From assembly GCF_003334335.1 (NCBI RefSeq), contig NZ_QOWQ01000006.1: a stretch of DNA of 64,000 nucleotides, one strand, 5' to 3'. Source of the DNA: Escherichia coli. GTDB taxonomy: Bacteria > Pseudomonadota > Gammaproteobacteria > Enterobacterales > Enterobacteriaceae. Below the pieces are notes generated by a model. It was not told the DNA's origin and ran no database searches. It saw nothing but the letters and a program-made list of their open reading frames with translations. This document shows, piece after piece, positions 35,165 through 46,264 of this stretch. How positions within the stretch are numbered: position 1 is the stretch's first letter; each line of letters starts with the position of its first letter. Both the position numbers and the translations under genes were made by a program.

Positions 35165-35557
35165 ATGAAAAAATTCGCAGCAGTAATCGCAGTAATGGCC
35201 CTGTGCAGCGCACCGGTGATGGCAGCAGAGCAGGGCGGTTTTTCTGGCCCATCGGCAACGCAAAGTCAGGCCGGAGGATTCCAGGGGCCGAACGGCAGCG
35301 TAACGACTGTAGAAAGCGCAAAATCCCTGCGTGACGACACCTGGGTAACCCTGCGCGGCAATATCGTTGAACGCATCTCTGACGATCTCTACGTGTTCAA
35401 AGATGCCAGCGGTACTATCAATGTTGATATCGACCACAAACGCTGGAACGGCGTGACGGTGACGCCGAAAGATACGGTTGAGATTCAGGGTGAAGTCGAT
35501 AAAGACTGGAATTCTGTTGAAATTGACGTCAAACAGATCCGCAAAGTAAATCCGTAA
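35165..35557 (+). CDS. ygiW: periplasmic OB-fold (BOF) stress protein YgiW
   Basis: 130 aa from ATG at 35165 with signal peptide; divergent from qseBC. Confidence 0.8.
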   Translation: MKKFAAVIAVMALCSAPVMAAEQGGFSGPSATQSQAGGFQGPNGSVTTVESAKSLRDDTWVTLRGNIVERISDDLYVFKDASGTINVDIDHKRWNGVTVTPKDTVEIQGEVDKDWNSVEIDVKQIRKVNP

Positions 35558-35609
35558 TTGTTACCGCTCCCGGGACGCGTTCCCGGGAATAATTTCGCAG
35601 GGAGGCAAA

Positions 35610-36092
35610 ATGACAAACCTGACACTGGATGTAAACATTATCGATTTCCCATCAATACCTGTGGCGATGTTGCCGCACCGCTGTAGCCCTGAATTGCTCA
35701 ACTACAGCGTGGCGAAATTTATCATGTGGCGTAAAGAGACGGGGCTTTCTCCTGTTAACCAAAGCCAGACTTTTGGCGTCGCCTGGGACGACCCTGCCAC
35801 CACCGCACCGGAAGCGTTTCGCTTTGATATCTGCGGCAGCGTTAGCGAACCGATTCCCGATAATCGTTATGGTGTGAGCAATGGTGAACTTACCGGTGGA
35901 CGTTATGCCGTGGCCCGCCACGTTGGCGAGCTGGACGATATTTCACACACGGTATGGGGCATCATTCGCCACTGGCTGCCTGCAAGCGGCGAGAAAATGC
36001 GTAAAGCACCGATTCTGTTTCACTACACCAATCTTGCCGGAGGGGTGACAGAGCAGCGACTGGAAACGGATGTTTATGTGCCGTTGGCGTGA
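35610..36092 (+). CDS. ygiV: GyrI-like effector-binding domain protein (putative transcriptional regulator)
   Basis: 160 aa; synteny next to mqsRA. Confidence 0.75.
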   Translation: MTNLTLDVNIIDFPSIPVAMLPHRCSPELLNYSVAKFIMWRKETGLSPVNQSQTFGVAWDDPATTAPEAFRFDICGSVSEPIPDNRYGVSNGELTGGRYAVARHVGELDDISHTVWGIIRHWLPASGEKMRKAPILFHYTNLAGGVTEQRLETDVYVPLA

Positions 36093-36222
36093 TGCCTGAC
36101 TCCAGCTTCCCTTATAAATTCCTGCTTCAAACTGGCGCTACTAATGCGCCACTTTCTTATATGGTCAATCACTTTCCTTAAAGAATACGTTTTGTGTGGT
36201 CACTATCTCCGTACATCTAACT

Positions 36223-36268
36223 AACCTTTTAGGTGCTTTTTCATTGCTGTAATTAACCTTTTAGGTTA
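36223..36268 (+). promoter_or_regulatory. mqsRA operator: two palindromes (AACCTTTTAGGT and TAACCTTTTAGGTTA)
   Basis: Perfect palindromes at 36223-36234 and 36254-36268, 30-75 bp upstream of the mqsR ATG. Confidence 0.75.
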
Positions 36269-36296
36269 TAACTAAAGTAACAGGGAGGCGGGGGTT

Positions 36297-36593
36297 ATGG
36301 AAAAACGCACACCACATACACGTTTGAGTCAGGTTAAAAAACTTGTCAATGCCGGGCAAGTTCGTACAACACGTAGTGCCCTGTTAAATGCAGATGAGTT
36401 AGGTTTGGATTTTGATGGTATGTGTAATGTTATCATTGGATTATCAGAGAGCGACTTTTATAAAAGCATGACCACCTACTCTGATCATACTATCTGGCAG
36501 GATGTTTACAGACCCAGGCTTGTTACAGGCCAGGTTTATCTTAAAATTACGGTAATTCATGACGTACTGATCGTCTCGTTTAAGGAGAAGTAA
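36297..36593 (+). CDS. mqsR: type II toxin MqsR (mRNA interferase)
   Basis: 98 aa starting MEKRTPHTRLSQVKKLV; toxin precedes antitoxin. Confidence 0.9.
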   Translation: MEKRTPHTRLSQVKKLVNAGQVRTTRSALLNADELGLDFDGMCNVIIGLSESDFYKSMTTYSDHTIWQDVYRPRLVTGQVYLKITVIHDVLIVSFKEK

Positions 36594-36594
36594 T

Positions 36595-36990
36595 ATGAAA
36601 TGTCCGGTTTGCCACCAGGGAGAAATGGTTTCTGGCATTAAAGATATTCCATACACCTTCCGTGGACGAAAAACAGTATTGAAAGGTATCCACGGTTTAT
36701 ATTGTGTCCATTGCGAAGAGAGCATCATGAATAAAGAAGAGTCAGATGCTTTCATGGCGCAAGTAAAGGCATTTCGGGCTTCGGTGAATGCCGAAACAGT
36801 GGCACCTGAATTTATAGTGAAGGTTCGAAAAAAGCTCTCTCTTACCCAAAAAGAGGCAAGCGAAATTTTTGGGGGAGGTGTAAATGCGTTTTCGCGTTAC
36901 GAAAAAGGCAATGCCCAACCTCATCCTTCCACAATCAAACTTTTACGTGTTCTGGATAAGCATCCAGAACTATTGAATGAAATCCGTTAA
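36595..36990 (+). CDS. mqsA: type II antitoxin / transcriptional regulator MqsA
   Basis: 131 aa with N-terminal zinc-binding CxxC...CxxC (MKCPVCHQGEM...YCVHCEES) and C-terminal HTH-XRE domain; starts 1 nt after the mqsR stop. Confidence 0.9.
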   Translation: MKCPVCHQGEMVSGIKDIPYTFRGRKTVLKGIHGLYCVHCEESIMNKEESDAFMAQVKAFRASVNAETVAPEFIVKVRKKLSLTQKEASEIFGGGVNAFSRYEKGNAQPHPSTIKLLRVLDKHPELLNEIR

Positions 36991-37122
36991 TTAATGGAAA
37001 AGCGGGGGCAACTCGCTTTTTTCTTTACCGGAGTGTGAGCCAAATCACTCGCGATAAGTTTGAGCGAACAATGCCACAGGCGTATTGTTGTTGGGCTTAT
37101 AATTTCTCCGGTAAGGAATACC

Positions 37123-38730
37123 ATGTATACGCGAAATTTATTATGGCTGGTCAGCCTGGTAAGTGCGGCTCCTCTCTACGCTGCTGACGTTCCCGCCAAC
37201 ACACCGCTCGCCCCGCAACAAGTCTTTCGTTACAACAATCATAGCGACCCAGGTACGCTCGACCCGCAAAAGGTGGAGGAGAATACTGCCGCGCAGATTG
37301 TGCTGGATCTGTTTGAAGGTCTGGTATGGATGGACGGTGAAGGCCAGGTGCAGCCCGCTCAGGCTGAACGCTGGGAGATACTGGACGGCGGCAAGCGCTA
37401 TATTTTCCATCTGCGTAGCGGTTTGCAGTGGTCCGACGGTCAGCCTCTGACGGCAGAGGATTTTGTCCTCGGCTGGCAGCGCGCGGTTGACCCGAAAACG
37501 GCAAGCCCTTTTGCTGGCTATCTGGCACAGGCGCACATTAACAATGCCGCAGCTATTGTTGCGGGTAAAGCAGATGTTACATCGCTGGGTGTCAAAGCGA
37601 CGGATGATCGTACTCTTGAAGTTACGCTTGAGCAGCCGGTTCCTTGGTTCACGACGATGCTCGCCTGGCCGACGCTGTTCCCGGTTCCTCATCATGTCAT
37701 TGCTAAACATGGCGATAGCTGGAGTAAGCCAGAGAACATGGTTTACAACGGTGCCTTTGTGCTTGATCAGTGGGTAGTTAACGAAAAGATTACTGCACGC
37801 AAAAATCCAAAGTACCGCGATGCGCAACATACAGTATTGCAACAGGTTGAGTATCTGGCGCTAGATAATTCGGTCACCGGCTATAACCGCTATCGCGCGG
37901 GAGAGGTCGATCTCACCTGGGTTCCGGCGCAGCAAATTCCCGCCATTGAAAAATCACTGCCTGGCGAGCTACGAATTATTCCGCGTCTGAACAGCGAATA
38001 TTACAACTTCAACCTTGAGAAACCGCCATTTAACGATGTGCGAGTGCGTCGGGCGCTATATCTTACGGTTGATCGACAGCTTATTGCGCAAAAGGTACTG
38101 GGGTTGAGAACGCCCGCAACCACGCTGACGCCGCCAGAGGTAAAAGGCTTTAGCGCGACGACGTTCGATGAACTGCAAAAGCCAATGAGTGAGCGCGTCG
38201 CGATGGCAAAAGCCTTGCTGAAACAGGCGGGATACGACGCCTCTCATCCGCTACGCTTTGAGCTGTTCTACAACAAGTACGATCTGCATGAAAAGACCGC
38301 GATAGCGTTGTCTTCCGAATGGAAAAAATGGCTGGGTGCACAGGTGACGCTGCGCACAATGGAGTGGAAAACCTATCTTGATGCCCGACGAGCCGGTGAT
38401 TTCATGCTGTCTCGGCAGTCGTGGGATGCGACGTACAATGATGCTTCCAGCTTCCTGAACACGCTCAAAAGCGATAGTGAAGAAAACGTCGGTCACTGGA
38501 AAAATGCGCAGTATGACGCCTTACTAAACCAGGCCACGCAGATCACTGATGCGACAAAGCGTAATGCGTTGTATCAGCAGGCAGAAGTGATCATCAACCA
38601 ACAGGCACCGCTGATTCCTATCTACTATCAGCCGTTAATCAAACTGCTTAAACCCTACGTTGGCGGTTTTCCGCTGCATAATCCCCAGGATTATGTCTAC
38701 AGCAAAGAGTTGTATATCAAGGCACATTGA
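37123..38730 (+). CDS. ygiS: periplasmic solute-binding protein, ABC family 5 (orphan)
   Basis: 535 aa from ATG at 37123 with signal peptide (MYTRNLLWLVSLVSAAPLYA); no adjacent permease genes. Confidence 0.8.
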   Translation: MYTRNLLWLVSLVSAAPLYAADVPANTPLAPQQVFRYNNHSDPGTLDPQKVEENTAAQIVLDLFEGLVWMDGEGQVQPAQAERWEILDGGKRYIFHLRSGLQWSDGQPLTAEDFVLGWQRAVDPKTASPFAGYLAQAHINNAAAIVAGKADVTSLGVKATDDRTLEVTLEQPVPWFTTMLAWPTLFPVPHHVIAKHGDSWSKPENMVYNGAFVLDQWVVNEKITARKNPKYRDAQHTVLQQVEYLALDNSVTGYNRYRAGEVDLTWVPAQQIPAIEKSLPGELRIIPRLNSEYYNFNLEKPPFNDVRVRRALYLTVDRQLIAQKVLGLRTPATTLTPPEVKGFSATTFDELQKPMSERVAMAKALLKQAGYDASHPLRFELFYNKYDLHEKTAIALSSEWKKWLGAQVTLRTMEWKTYLDARRAGDFMLSRQSWDATYNDASSFLNTLKSDSEENVGHWKNAQYDALLNQATQITDATKRNALYQQAEVIINQQAPLIPIYYQPLIKLLKPYVGGFPLHNPQDYVYSKELYIKAH

Positions 38731-38867
38731 TGCCTTTATCGCCGTCGGAGCACGTCCGGCGGCGCTATTCACGCTGATCTCCTGTGACTCGACGCGGCAG
38801 ATAATGTAGTATCTCCGGCAATATTGCCCCTTTGAAGGCTGGCGAATAAGTTGAGGAATCAGAATTA

Positions 38868-41126
38868 ATGAGCGATATGGCAGAGCGCCTTGCGCTACAT
38901 GAATTTACGGAAAACGCCTACTTAAACTACTCCATGTACGTGATCATGGACCGTGCGTTGCCGTTTATTGGTGATGGTCTGAAACCTGTTCAGCGCCGCA
39001 TTGTGTATGCGATGTCTGAACTGGGCCTGAATGCCAGCGCCAAATTTAAAAAATCGGCCCGTACCGTCGGTGACGTACTGGGTAAATACCATCCGCACGG
39101 CGATAGCGCCTGTTATGAAGCGATGGTCCTGATGGCGCAACCGTTCTCTTACCGTTATCCGCTGGTTGATGGTCAGGGGAACTGGGGCGCGCCGGACGAT
39201 CCGAAATCGTTCGCGGCAATGCGTTACACCGAATCCCGGTTGTCGAAATATTCCGAGCTGCTATTGAGCGAGCTGGGGCAGGGGACGGCTGACTGGGTGC
39301 CAAACTTCGACGGCACTTTGCAGGAGCCGAAAATGCTACCTGCCCGTCTGCCAAACATTTTGCTTAACGGCACCACCGGTATTGCCGTCGGCATGGCGAC
39401 CGATATTCCACCGCATAACCTGCGTGAAGTGGCTCAGGCGGCAATCGCATTAATCGACCAGCCGAAAACCACGCTCGATCAGCTGCTGGATATCGTGCAG
39501 GGGCCGGATTATCCGACTGAAGCGGAAATTATCACTTCGCGCGCCGAGATCCGTAAAATCTACGAGAACGGACGTGGTTCAGTGCGTATGCGCGCGGTGT
39601 GGAAGAAAGAAGATGGCGCGGTGGTTATCAGCGCATTGCCGCATCAGGTTTCAGGTGCGCGCGTACTGGAGCAAATTGCTGCGCAAATGCGCAACAAAAA
39701 GCTGCCGATGGTTGACGATCTGCGCGATGAATCTGACCACGAGAACCCGACCCGCCTGGTGATTGTGCCGCGTTCCAACCGCGTGGATATGGATCAGGTG
39801 ATGAACCACCTCTTCGCTACCACCGATCTGGAAAAGAGCTATCGTATTAACCTTAATATGATCGGTCTGGATGGTCGTCCGGCGGTGAAAAACCTGCTGG
39901 AAATCCTCTCCGAATGGCTGGTGTTCCGCCGCGATACCGTGCGCCGCCGACTGAACTATCGTCTGGAGAAAGTCCTCAAGCGCCTGCATATCCTCGAAGG
40001 TTTGCTGGTGGCGTTTCTCAATATCGACGAAGTGATTGAGATCATTCGTAATGAAGATGAACCGAAACCGGCGCTGATGTCGCGGTTTGGCCTTACGGAA
40101 ACCCAGGCGGAAGCGATCCTCGAACTGAAACTGCGTCATCTTGCCAAACTGGAAGAGATGAAGATTCGCGGTGAGCAGAGTGAACTGGAAAAAGAGCGCG
40201 ACCAGTTGCAGGGCATTTTGGCTTCCGAGCGTAAAATGAATAACCTGCTGAAGAAAGAACTGCAGGCAGACGCGCAAGCCTACGGTGACGATCGTCGTTC
40301 GCCGTTGCAGGAACGCGAAGAAGCGAAAGCGATGAGCGAGCACGACATGCTGCCGTCTGAACCTGTCACCATTGTGCTGTCGCAGATGGGCTGGGTACGC
40401 AGCGCTAAAGGCCATGATATCGACGCGCCGGGCCTGAATTATAAAGCGGGTGATAGCTTCAAAGCGGCGGTGAAAGGTAAGAGCAACCAACCGGTAGTGT
40501 TTGTTGATTCCACCGGTCGTAGCTATGCCATTGACCCGATTACGCTGCCGTCGGCGCGTGGTCAGGGCGAGCCGCTCACCGGCAAATTAACGTTGCCGCC
40601 TGGGGCGACCGTTGACCATATGCTGATGGAAAGCGACGATCAGAAACTGCTGATGGCTTCCGATGCGGGTTACGGTTTCGTCTGCACCTTTAACGATCTG
40701 GTGGCGCGTAACCGTGCAGGTAAGGCTTTGATCACCTTACCGGAAAATGCCCATGTTATGCCGCCGGTGGTGATTGAAGATGCTTCCGATATGCTGCTGG
40801 CAATCACTCAGGCAGGCCGTATGTTGATGTTCCCGGTAAGTGATCTGCCGCAGCTGTCGAAGGGCAAAGGCAACAAGATTATCAACATTCCATCGGCAGA
40901 AGCCGCGCGTGGAGAAGATGGTCTGGCGCAATTGTACGTTCTGCCGCCGCAAAGCACGCTGACCATTCATGTTGGGAAACGCAAAATTAAACTGCGCCCG
41001 GAAGAGTTACAGAAAGTCACTGGCGAACGTGGACGCCGCGGTACGTTGATGCGCGGTTTGCAGCGTATCGATCGTGTTGAGATCGACTCTCCTCGCCGTG
41101 CCAGCAGCGGTGATAGCGAAGAGTAA
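38868..41126 (+). CDS. parC: DNA topoisomerase IV subunit A
   Basis: 752 aa GyrA-like. Confidence 0.95.
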
Positions 41127-41359
41127 TATGCCGGGGAGGGCGCTGTTTCCTCCCGCTTGCAAGGAACGCCGGATGAAACGTTAAGTCGTCATCCGGCAGC
41201 GTATTCAACCCCCGGAAACGATAAAAATTCCCTTGAAACCGTTGTTTATTCATGCGTTGCGATTAACAATACGCTTTTCCAGAGAGCGGCTTTTAACAAT
41301 GCCCTAACCTGATTTCAGGTGACGTACAATGCCAGTCTCTCAGACCTTCAGAGGGTGTT

Positions 41360-42097
41360 ATGCTATATATCTTTCGTCTTATTATTACCGTGATTTACAG
41401 CATCTTAGTCTGTGTATTCGGCTCCATTTACTGCCTTTTCAGCCCGCGTAACCCGAAACATGTGGCCACCTTTGGGCATATGTTTGGCCGTCTTGCGCCG
41501 CTGTTTGGCCTGAAAGTTGAGTGCCGTAAACCTACAGACGCTGAAAGCTACGGCAATGCTATCTATATCGCTAACCACCAGAACAACTATGACATGGTGA
41601 CAGCATCGAACATCGTGCAACCGCCGACGGTGACGGTAGGTAAAAAGAGCTTGCTGTGGATCCCCTTCTTCGGGCAGTTGTACTGGTTAACCGGCAACTT
41701 ATTGATCGACAGAAACAATCGCACTAAAGCTCACGGCACCATTGCGGAAGTAGTGAATCACTTCAAAAAACGCCGTATTTCCATCTGGATGTTCCCGGAA
41801 GGAACCCGCAGCCGTGGTCGCGGCCTGCTACCGTTCAAGACTGGAGCATTTCACGCGGCAATTGCGGCGGGCGTCCCGATTATTCCCGTGTGCGTCTCTA
41901 CAACTTCGAATAAGATTAATCTTAATCGACTGCACAACGGTCTGGTGATTGTCGAAATGCTGCCGCCAATTGACGTCAGTCAGTATGGCAAAGATCAGGT
42001 TCGTGAGCTGGCTGCCCATTGTCGTTCGATAATGGAACAAAAAATCGCCGAGCTCGATAAAGAAGTCGCAGAACGCGAAGCCGCCGGAAAAGTTTAA
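41360..42097 (+). CDS. plsC: 1-acyl-sn-glycerol-3-phosphate acyltransferase
   Basis: 245 aa with the acyltransferase H(X)4D motif (NHQNNYD). Confidence 0.9.
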   Translation: MLYIFRLIITVIYSILVCVFGSIYCLFSPRNPKHVATFGHMFGRLAPLFGLKVECRKPTDAESYGNAIYIANHQNNYDMVTASNIVQPPTVTVGKKSLLWIPFFGQLYWLTGNLLIDRNNRTKAHGTIAEVVNHFKKRRISIWMFPEGTRSRGRGLLPFKTGAFHAAIAAGVPIIPVCVSTTSNKINLNRLHNGLVIVEMLPPIDVSQYGKDQVRELAAHCRSIMEQKIAELDKEVAEREAAGKV

Positions 42098-42171
42098 GTC
42101 GGCAATCTGTATTTTTGCGGGGAACACTTTCCTGCACGGTATTACTTTAGCCAGTTTTACATGGAGCAAAT

Positions 42172-43584
42172 ATGTCACTCAGTCGGCGTCAGTTCATTCA
42201 GGCATCGGGGATTGCACTTTGTGCAGGCGCTGTTCCCCTGAAGGCCAGCGCAGCCGGGCAACAGCAACCGCTACCCGTTCCGCCGCTACTTGAATCTCGC
42301 CGTGGGCAACCGCTGTTTATGACTGTACAACGTGCGCACTGGTCATTTACGCCAGGGACACGCGCGTCGGTCTGGGGAATCAATGGTCGTTACCTGGGGC
42401 CGACTATCCGCGTCTGGAAGGGCGACGATGTTAAGCTTATTTACAGCAACCGCCTGACAGAAAATGTCTCAATGACGGTGGCCGGGCTACAGGTACCAGG
42501 CCCGCTGATGGGCGGTCCGGCACGGATGATGTCGCCAAACGCTGACTGGGCACCCGTACTGCCCATTCGCCAGAACGCAGCTACTCTGTGGTATCACGCC
42601 AATACTCCCAACCGCACGGCTCAGCAGGTCTATAACGGCCTTGCCGGAATGTGGCTGGTGGAAGATGAAGTCAGCAAGTCGCTGCCTATCCCCAACCATT
42701 ATGGTGTGGATGATTTTCCGGTCATTATCCAGGATAAACGGCTGGATAACTTTGGTACGCCAGAATACAACGAACCGGGAAGCGGCGGCTTTGTTGGTGA
42801 TACGCTGCTGGTTAACGGTGTACAAAGCCCGTACGTTGAAGTCTCGCGTGGCTGGGTGCGCTTGCGACTGCTGAACGCGTCGAACTCTCGTCGCTATCAA
42901 CTACAGATGAACGATGGTCGCCCGTTACATGTGATTTCTGGCGATCAGGGATTCCTGCCTGCTCCTGTATCGGTGAAGCAACTTTCGCTGGCACCGGGCG
43001 AGCGCCGCGAGATTCTGGTGGATATGAGCAACGGCGATGAAGTGTCGATCACCTGTGGCGAAGCGGCGAGCATTGTTGATCGTATTCGTGGCTTCTTTGA
43101 GCCATCCAGTATTCTGGTTTCTACCCTGGTGCTAACGCTGCGCCCAACCGGCCTTCTGCCGCTGGTCACAGACAGTCTTCCGATGCGCTTGCTGCCAACT
43201 GAAATCATGGCTGGTTCGCCAATTCGCAGTCGCGATATCAGTCTGGGTGATGACCCGGGTATTAATGGACAGCTGTGGGACGTCAACCGTATTGATGTCA
43301 CCGCGCAGCAAGGAACGTGGGAACGCTGGACGGTACGCGCGGACGAGCCGCAAGCGTTCCATATTGAAGGCGTAATGTTCCAGATCCGTAACGTGAATGG
43401 CGCGATGCCGTTCCCGGAAGACAGAGGCTGGAAAGATACCGTTTGGGTTGACGGACAAGTGGAGCTGCTTGTTTATTTCGGTCAGCCTTCCTGGGCGCAC
43501 TTCCCGTTCTACTTCAACAGTCAGACGCTGGAAATGGCGGACCGTGGCTCGATTGGGCAACTGTTGGTCAATCCGGTACCGTAA
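42172..43584 (+). CDS. ftsP: cell division protein FtsP (SufI), multicopper-oxidase fold, Tat-exported
   Basis: 470 aa with twin-arginine signal (SRRQFIQASG). Confidence 0.9.
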   Translation: MSLSRRQFIQASGIALCAGAVPLKASAAGQQQPLPVPPLLESRRGQPLFMTVQRAHWSFTPGTRASVWGINGRYLGPTIRVWKGDDVKLIYSNRLTENVSMTVAGLQVPGPLMGGPARMMSPNADWAPVLPIRQNAATLWYHANTPNRTAQQVYNGLAGMWLVEDEVSKSLPIPNHYGVDDFPVIIQDKRLDNFGTPEYNEPGSGGFVGDTLLVNGVQSPYVEVSRGWVRLRLLNASNSRRYQLQMNDGRPLHVISGDQGFLPAPVSVKQLSLAPGERREILVDMSNGDEVSITCGEAASIVDRIRGFFEPSSILVSTLVLTLRPTGLLPLVTDSLPMRLLPTEIMAGSPIRSRDISLGDDPGINGQLWDVNRIDVTAQQGTWERWTVRADEPQAFHIEGVMFQIRNVNGAMPFPEDRGWKDTVWVDGQVELLVYFGQPSWAHFPFYFNSQTLEMADRGSIGQLLVNPVP

Positions 43585-43694
43585 TCTTCATACTCGCCCG
43601 AGGAGGGCGAGTATGGAATACCTTTCGATTTCTCTTTCGTTCCGGCTTATAATCCCCGGCCTTTGATTATTTTTTTATCATTTCTGGAAGCAAA

Positions 43695-45914
43695 ATGAGC
43701 TCTATCTCCCTGATCCAACCGGATCGCGACCTGTTCTCCTGGCCGCAGTACTGGGCCGCCTGTTTTGGACCGGCACCGTTTTTGCCGATGTCTCGTGAAG
43801 AGATGGATCAACTTGGCTGGGATAGCTGCGACATCATTTTGGTTACTGGCGACGCGTATGTCGATCACCCAAGCTTCGGGATGGCGATTTGCGGTCGTAT
43901 GCTGGAAGCGCAGGGCTTTCGCGTCGGGATCATCGCCCAGCCGGACTGGAGCAGCAAAGACGACTTTATGCGTCTGGGTAAACCGAATCTGTTTTTCGGT
44001 GTTACTGCTGGCAACATGGATTCGATGATCAACCGTTATACCGCCGATCGCCGTTTACGTCATGACGATGCCTACACGCCGGATAACGTCGCGGGTAAGC
44101 GCCCGGATCGCGCCACACTGGTTTATACCCAGCGTTGTAAAGAGGCGTGGAAAGATGTACCGGTGATCCTCGGCGGTATTGAGGCTAGTCTGCGCCGTAC
44201 CGCGCATTATGATTACTGGTCCGATACCGTGCGCCGTTCCGTGCTGGTGGATTCGAAAGCCGACATGCTGATGTTTGGTAACGGTGAGCGTCCGCTGGTG
44301 GAAGTGGCGCATCGTCTGGCGATGGGCGAGCCAATTAGTGAAATCCGCGATGTGCGTAATACCGCGATTATCGTGAAAGAGGCGCTGCCTGGCTGGAGCG
44401 GCGTGGATTCCACCCGTCTTGATACCCCTGGAAAAATCGACCCAATCCCGCATCCGTATGGTGAAGATTTGCCGTGCGCGGATAACAAACCGGTGGCACC
44501 GAAAAAGCAGGAAGCCAAAGCCGTAACCGTGCAGCCACCGCGCCCGAAACCGTGGGAAAAAACCTACGTGTTGCTGCCTTCTTTCGAGAAAGTGAAGGGC
44601 GATAAAGTGCTGTACGCCCATGCTTCGCGTATTCTGCACCACGAAACCAACCCAGGCTGTGCCCGCGCATTGATGCAAAAACACGGCGACCGCTATGTGT
44701 GGATCAACCCGCCTGCTATTCCGCTTTCTACCGAAGAGATGGACAGCGTTTTTGCGCTGCCATACAAGCGCGTGCCACATCCGGCCTATGGCAATGCCCG
44801 TATTCCGGCTTACGAAATGATCCGTTTTTCGGTCAACATTATGCGTGGCTGCTTTGGCGGCTGCTCTTTCTGTTCTATCACCGAGCACGAAGGGCGCATT
44901 ATTCAGAGCCGTTCCGAAGATTCGATCATTAATGAGATCGAAGCGATCCGCGACACCGTTCCAGGTTTTACGGGCGTGATTTCCGATCTTGGTGGGCCAA
45001 CTGCCAACATGTATATGTTGCGCTGCAAATCGCCACGCGCTGAACAAACTTGTCGCCGTTTGTCGTGCGTTTATCCGGATATTTGTCCGCACATGGACAC
45101 GAACCACGAACCAACGATCAACCTCTATCGCCGTGCGCGTGATCTGAAAGGCATTAAAAAGATCCTGATTGCCTCTGGTGTGCGTTATGACATAGCCGTA
45201 GAAGATCCGCGCTATATCAAAGAACTGGCGACCCATCACGTCGGCGGTTATCTGAAGATTGCCCCGGAACATACCGAAGAAGGGCCGTTATCGAAGATGA
45301 TGAAGCCGGGCATGGGCAGCTATGACCGCTTTAAAGAGCTGTTCGATACTTACTCAAAACAGGCAGGTAAAGAGCAGTATCTGATCCCCTATTTCATCTC
45401 CGCGCACCCCGGTACGCGTGATGAAGATATGGTGAATCTGGCGCTGTGGCTGAAAAAGCACCGCTTCCGCCTCGACCAGGTGCAGAACTTCTATCCGTCG
45501 CCGCTGGCGAACTCAACCACCATGTATTACACCGGGAAAAACCCGCTGGCGAAGATTGGTTATAAGAGCGAAGACGTCTTCGTACCGAAGGGCGACAAAC
45601 AGCGTCGTTTGCATAAAGCGTTGTTGCGTTACCACGATCCGGCAAACTGGCCGTTAATCCGCCAGGCGCTGGAAGCGATGGGCAAAAAGCATCTGATTGG
45701 CAGCCGTCGCGATTGCTTAGTGCCTGCGCCAACCATTGAAGAGATGCGTGAAGCTCGTCGCCAGAACCGCAATACCCGTCCGGCGTTGACGAAACATACG
45801 CCGATGGCGACCCAGCGTCAGACGCCTGCTACGGCAAAAAAAGCGTCGTCTACGCAATCTCGTCCGGTGAATGCTGGTGCGAAGAAACGGCCTAAAGCGG
45901 CGGTTGGACGTTAA
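43695..45914 (+). CDS. ygiQ: radical SAM family protein YgiQ (UPF0313)
   Basis: 739 aa with CxxxCxxC-like cluster (CFGGCSFCS) and basic C-terminal tail. Confidence 0.85.
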   Translation: MSSISLIQPDRDLFSWPQYWAACFGPAPFLPMSREEMDQLGWDSCDIILVTGDAYVDHPSFGMAICGRMLEAQGFRVGIIAQPDWSSKDDFMRLGKPNLFFGVTAGNMDSMINRYTADRRLRHDDAYTPDNVAGKRPDRATLVYTQRCKEAWKDVPVILGGIEASLRRTAHYDYWSDTVRRSVLVDSKADMLMFGNGERPLVEVAHRLAMGEPISEIRDVRNTAIIVKEALPGWSGVDSTRLDTPGKIDPIPHPYGEDLPCADNKPVAPKKQEAKAVTVQPPRPKPWEKTYVLLPSFEKVKGDKVLYAHASRILHHETNPGCARALMQKHGDRYVWINPPAIPLSTEEMDSVFALPYKRVPHPAYGNARIPAYEMIRFSVNIMRGCFGGCSFCSITEHEGRIIQSRSEDSIINEIEAIRDTVPGFTGVISDLGGPTANMYMLRCKSPRAEQTCRRLSCVYPDICPHMDTNHEPTINLYRRARDLKGIKKILIASGVRYDIAVEDPRYIKELATHHVGGYLKIAPEHTEEGPLSKMMKPGMGSYDRFKELFDTYSKQAGKEQYLIPYFISAHPGTRDEDMVNLALWLKKHRFRLDQVQNFYPSPLANSTTMYYTGKNPLAKIGYKSEDVFVPKGDKQRRLHKALLRYHDPANWPLIRQALEAMGKKHLIGSRRDCLVPAPTIEEMREARRQNRNTRPALTKHTPMATQRQTPATAKKASSTQSRPVNAGAKKRPKAAVGR

Positions 45915-45919
45915 AAAAT

Positions 45920-45956
45920 ATCCCCGGCAACTGACACGCTACCGGGGATTTTTTTA
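45920..45956. terminator. bidirectional intrinsic terminator between convergent ygiQ and yqhH
   Basis: Hairpin ATCCCCGG...CCGGGGAT followed by a T7 run, preceded by an A-run. Confidence 0.65.
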
Positions 45957-46214
45957 TCATTCTGCGTACATACGCAAGCAGCGCAGGCAATCAAAATAGT
46001 CCTGAGCATCAAGACGCGTATTGGCTCTGTTAGCTTCGGATTTGGCAGCATAGATTTGTGGGCGTAGTGCTTTCATATCCTGCTCAAGCCGGGCGATTTT
46101 GGTATTTAATGTTTGCACATTGCTCGCCAGCTGATTGACCTTTTGCTCATTGACGCAGCCACTGAGCAAGCAGGTTGCCAGAACAACAGCTCCCACGGTG
46201 AAAATCGTTTTCAT
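45957..46214 (-). CDS. yqhH: Lpp-like outer-membrane lipoprotein paralog
   Basis: 85 aa with lipobox (LLSGC) and Lpp-like heptad region. Confidence 0.8.
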   Translation of the reverse strand: MKTIFTVGAVVLATCLLSGCVNEQKVNQLASNVQTLNTKIARLEQDMKALRPQIYAAKSEANRANTRLDAQDYFDCLRCLRMYAE

Positions 46215-46264
46215 ATAGTGTTCCCTTTTATTTATTGTTCCGGCTAATTGTTATTTAATTCAGC

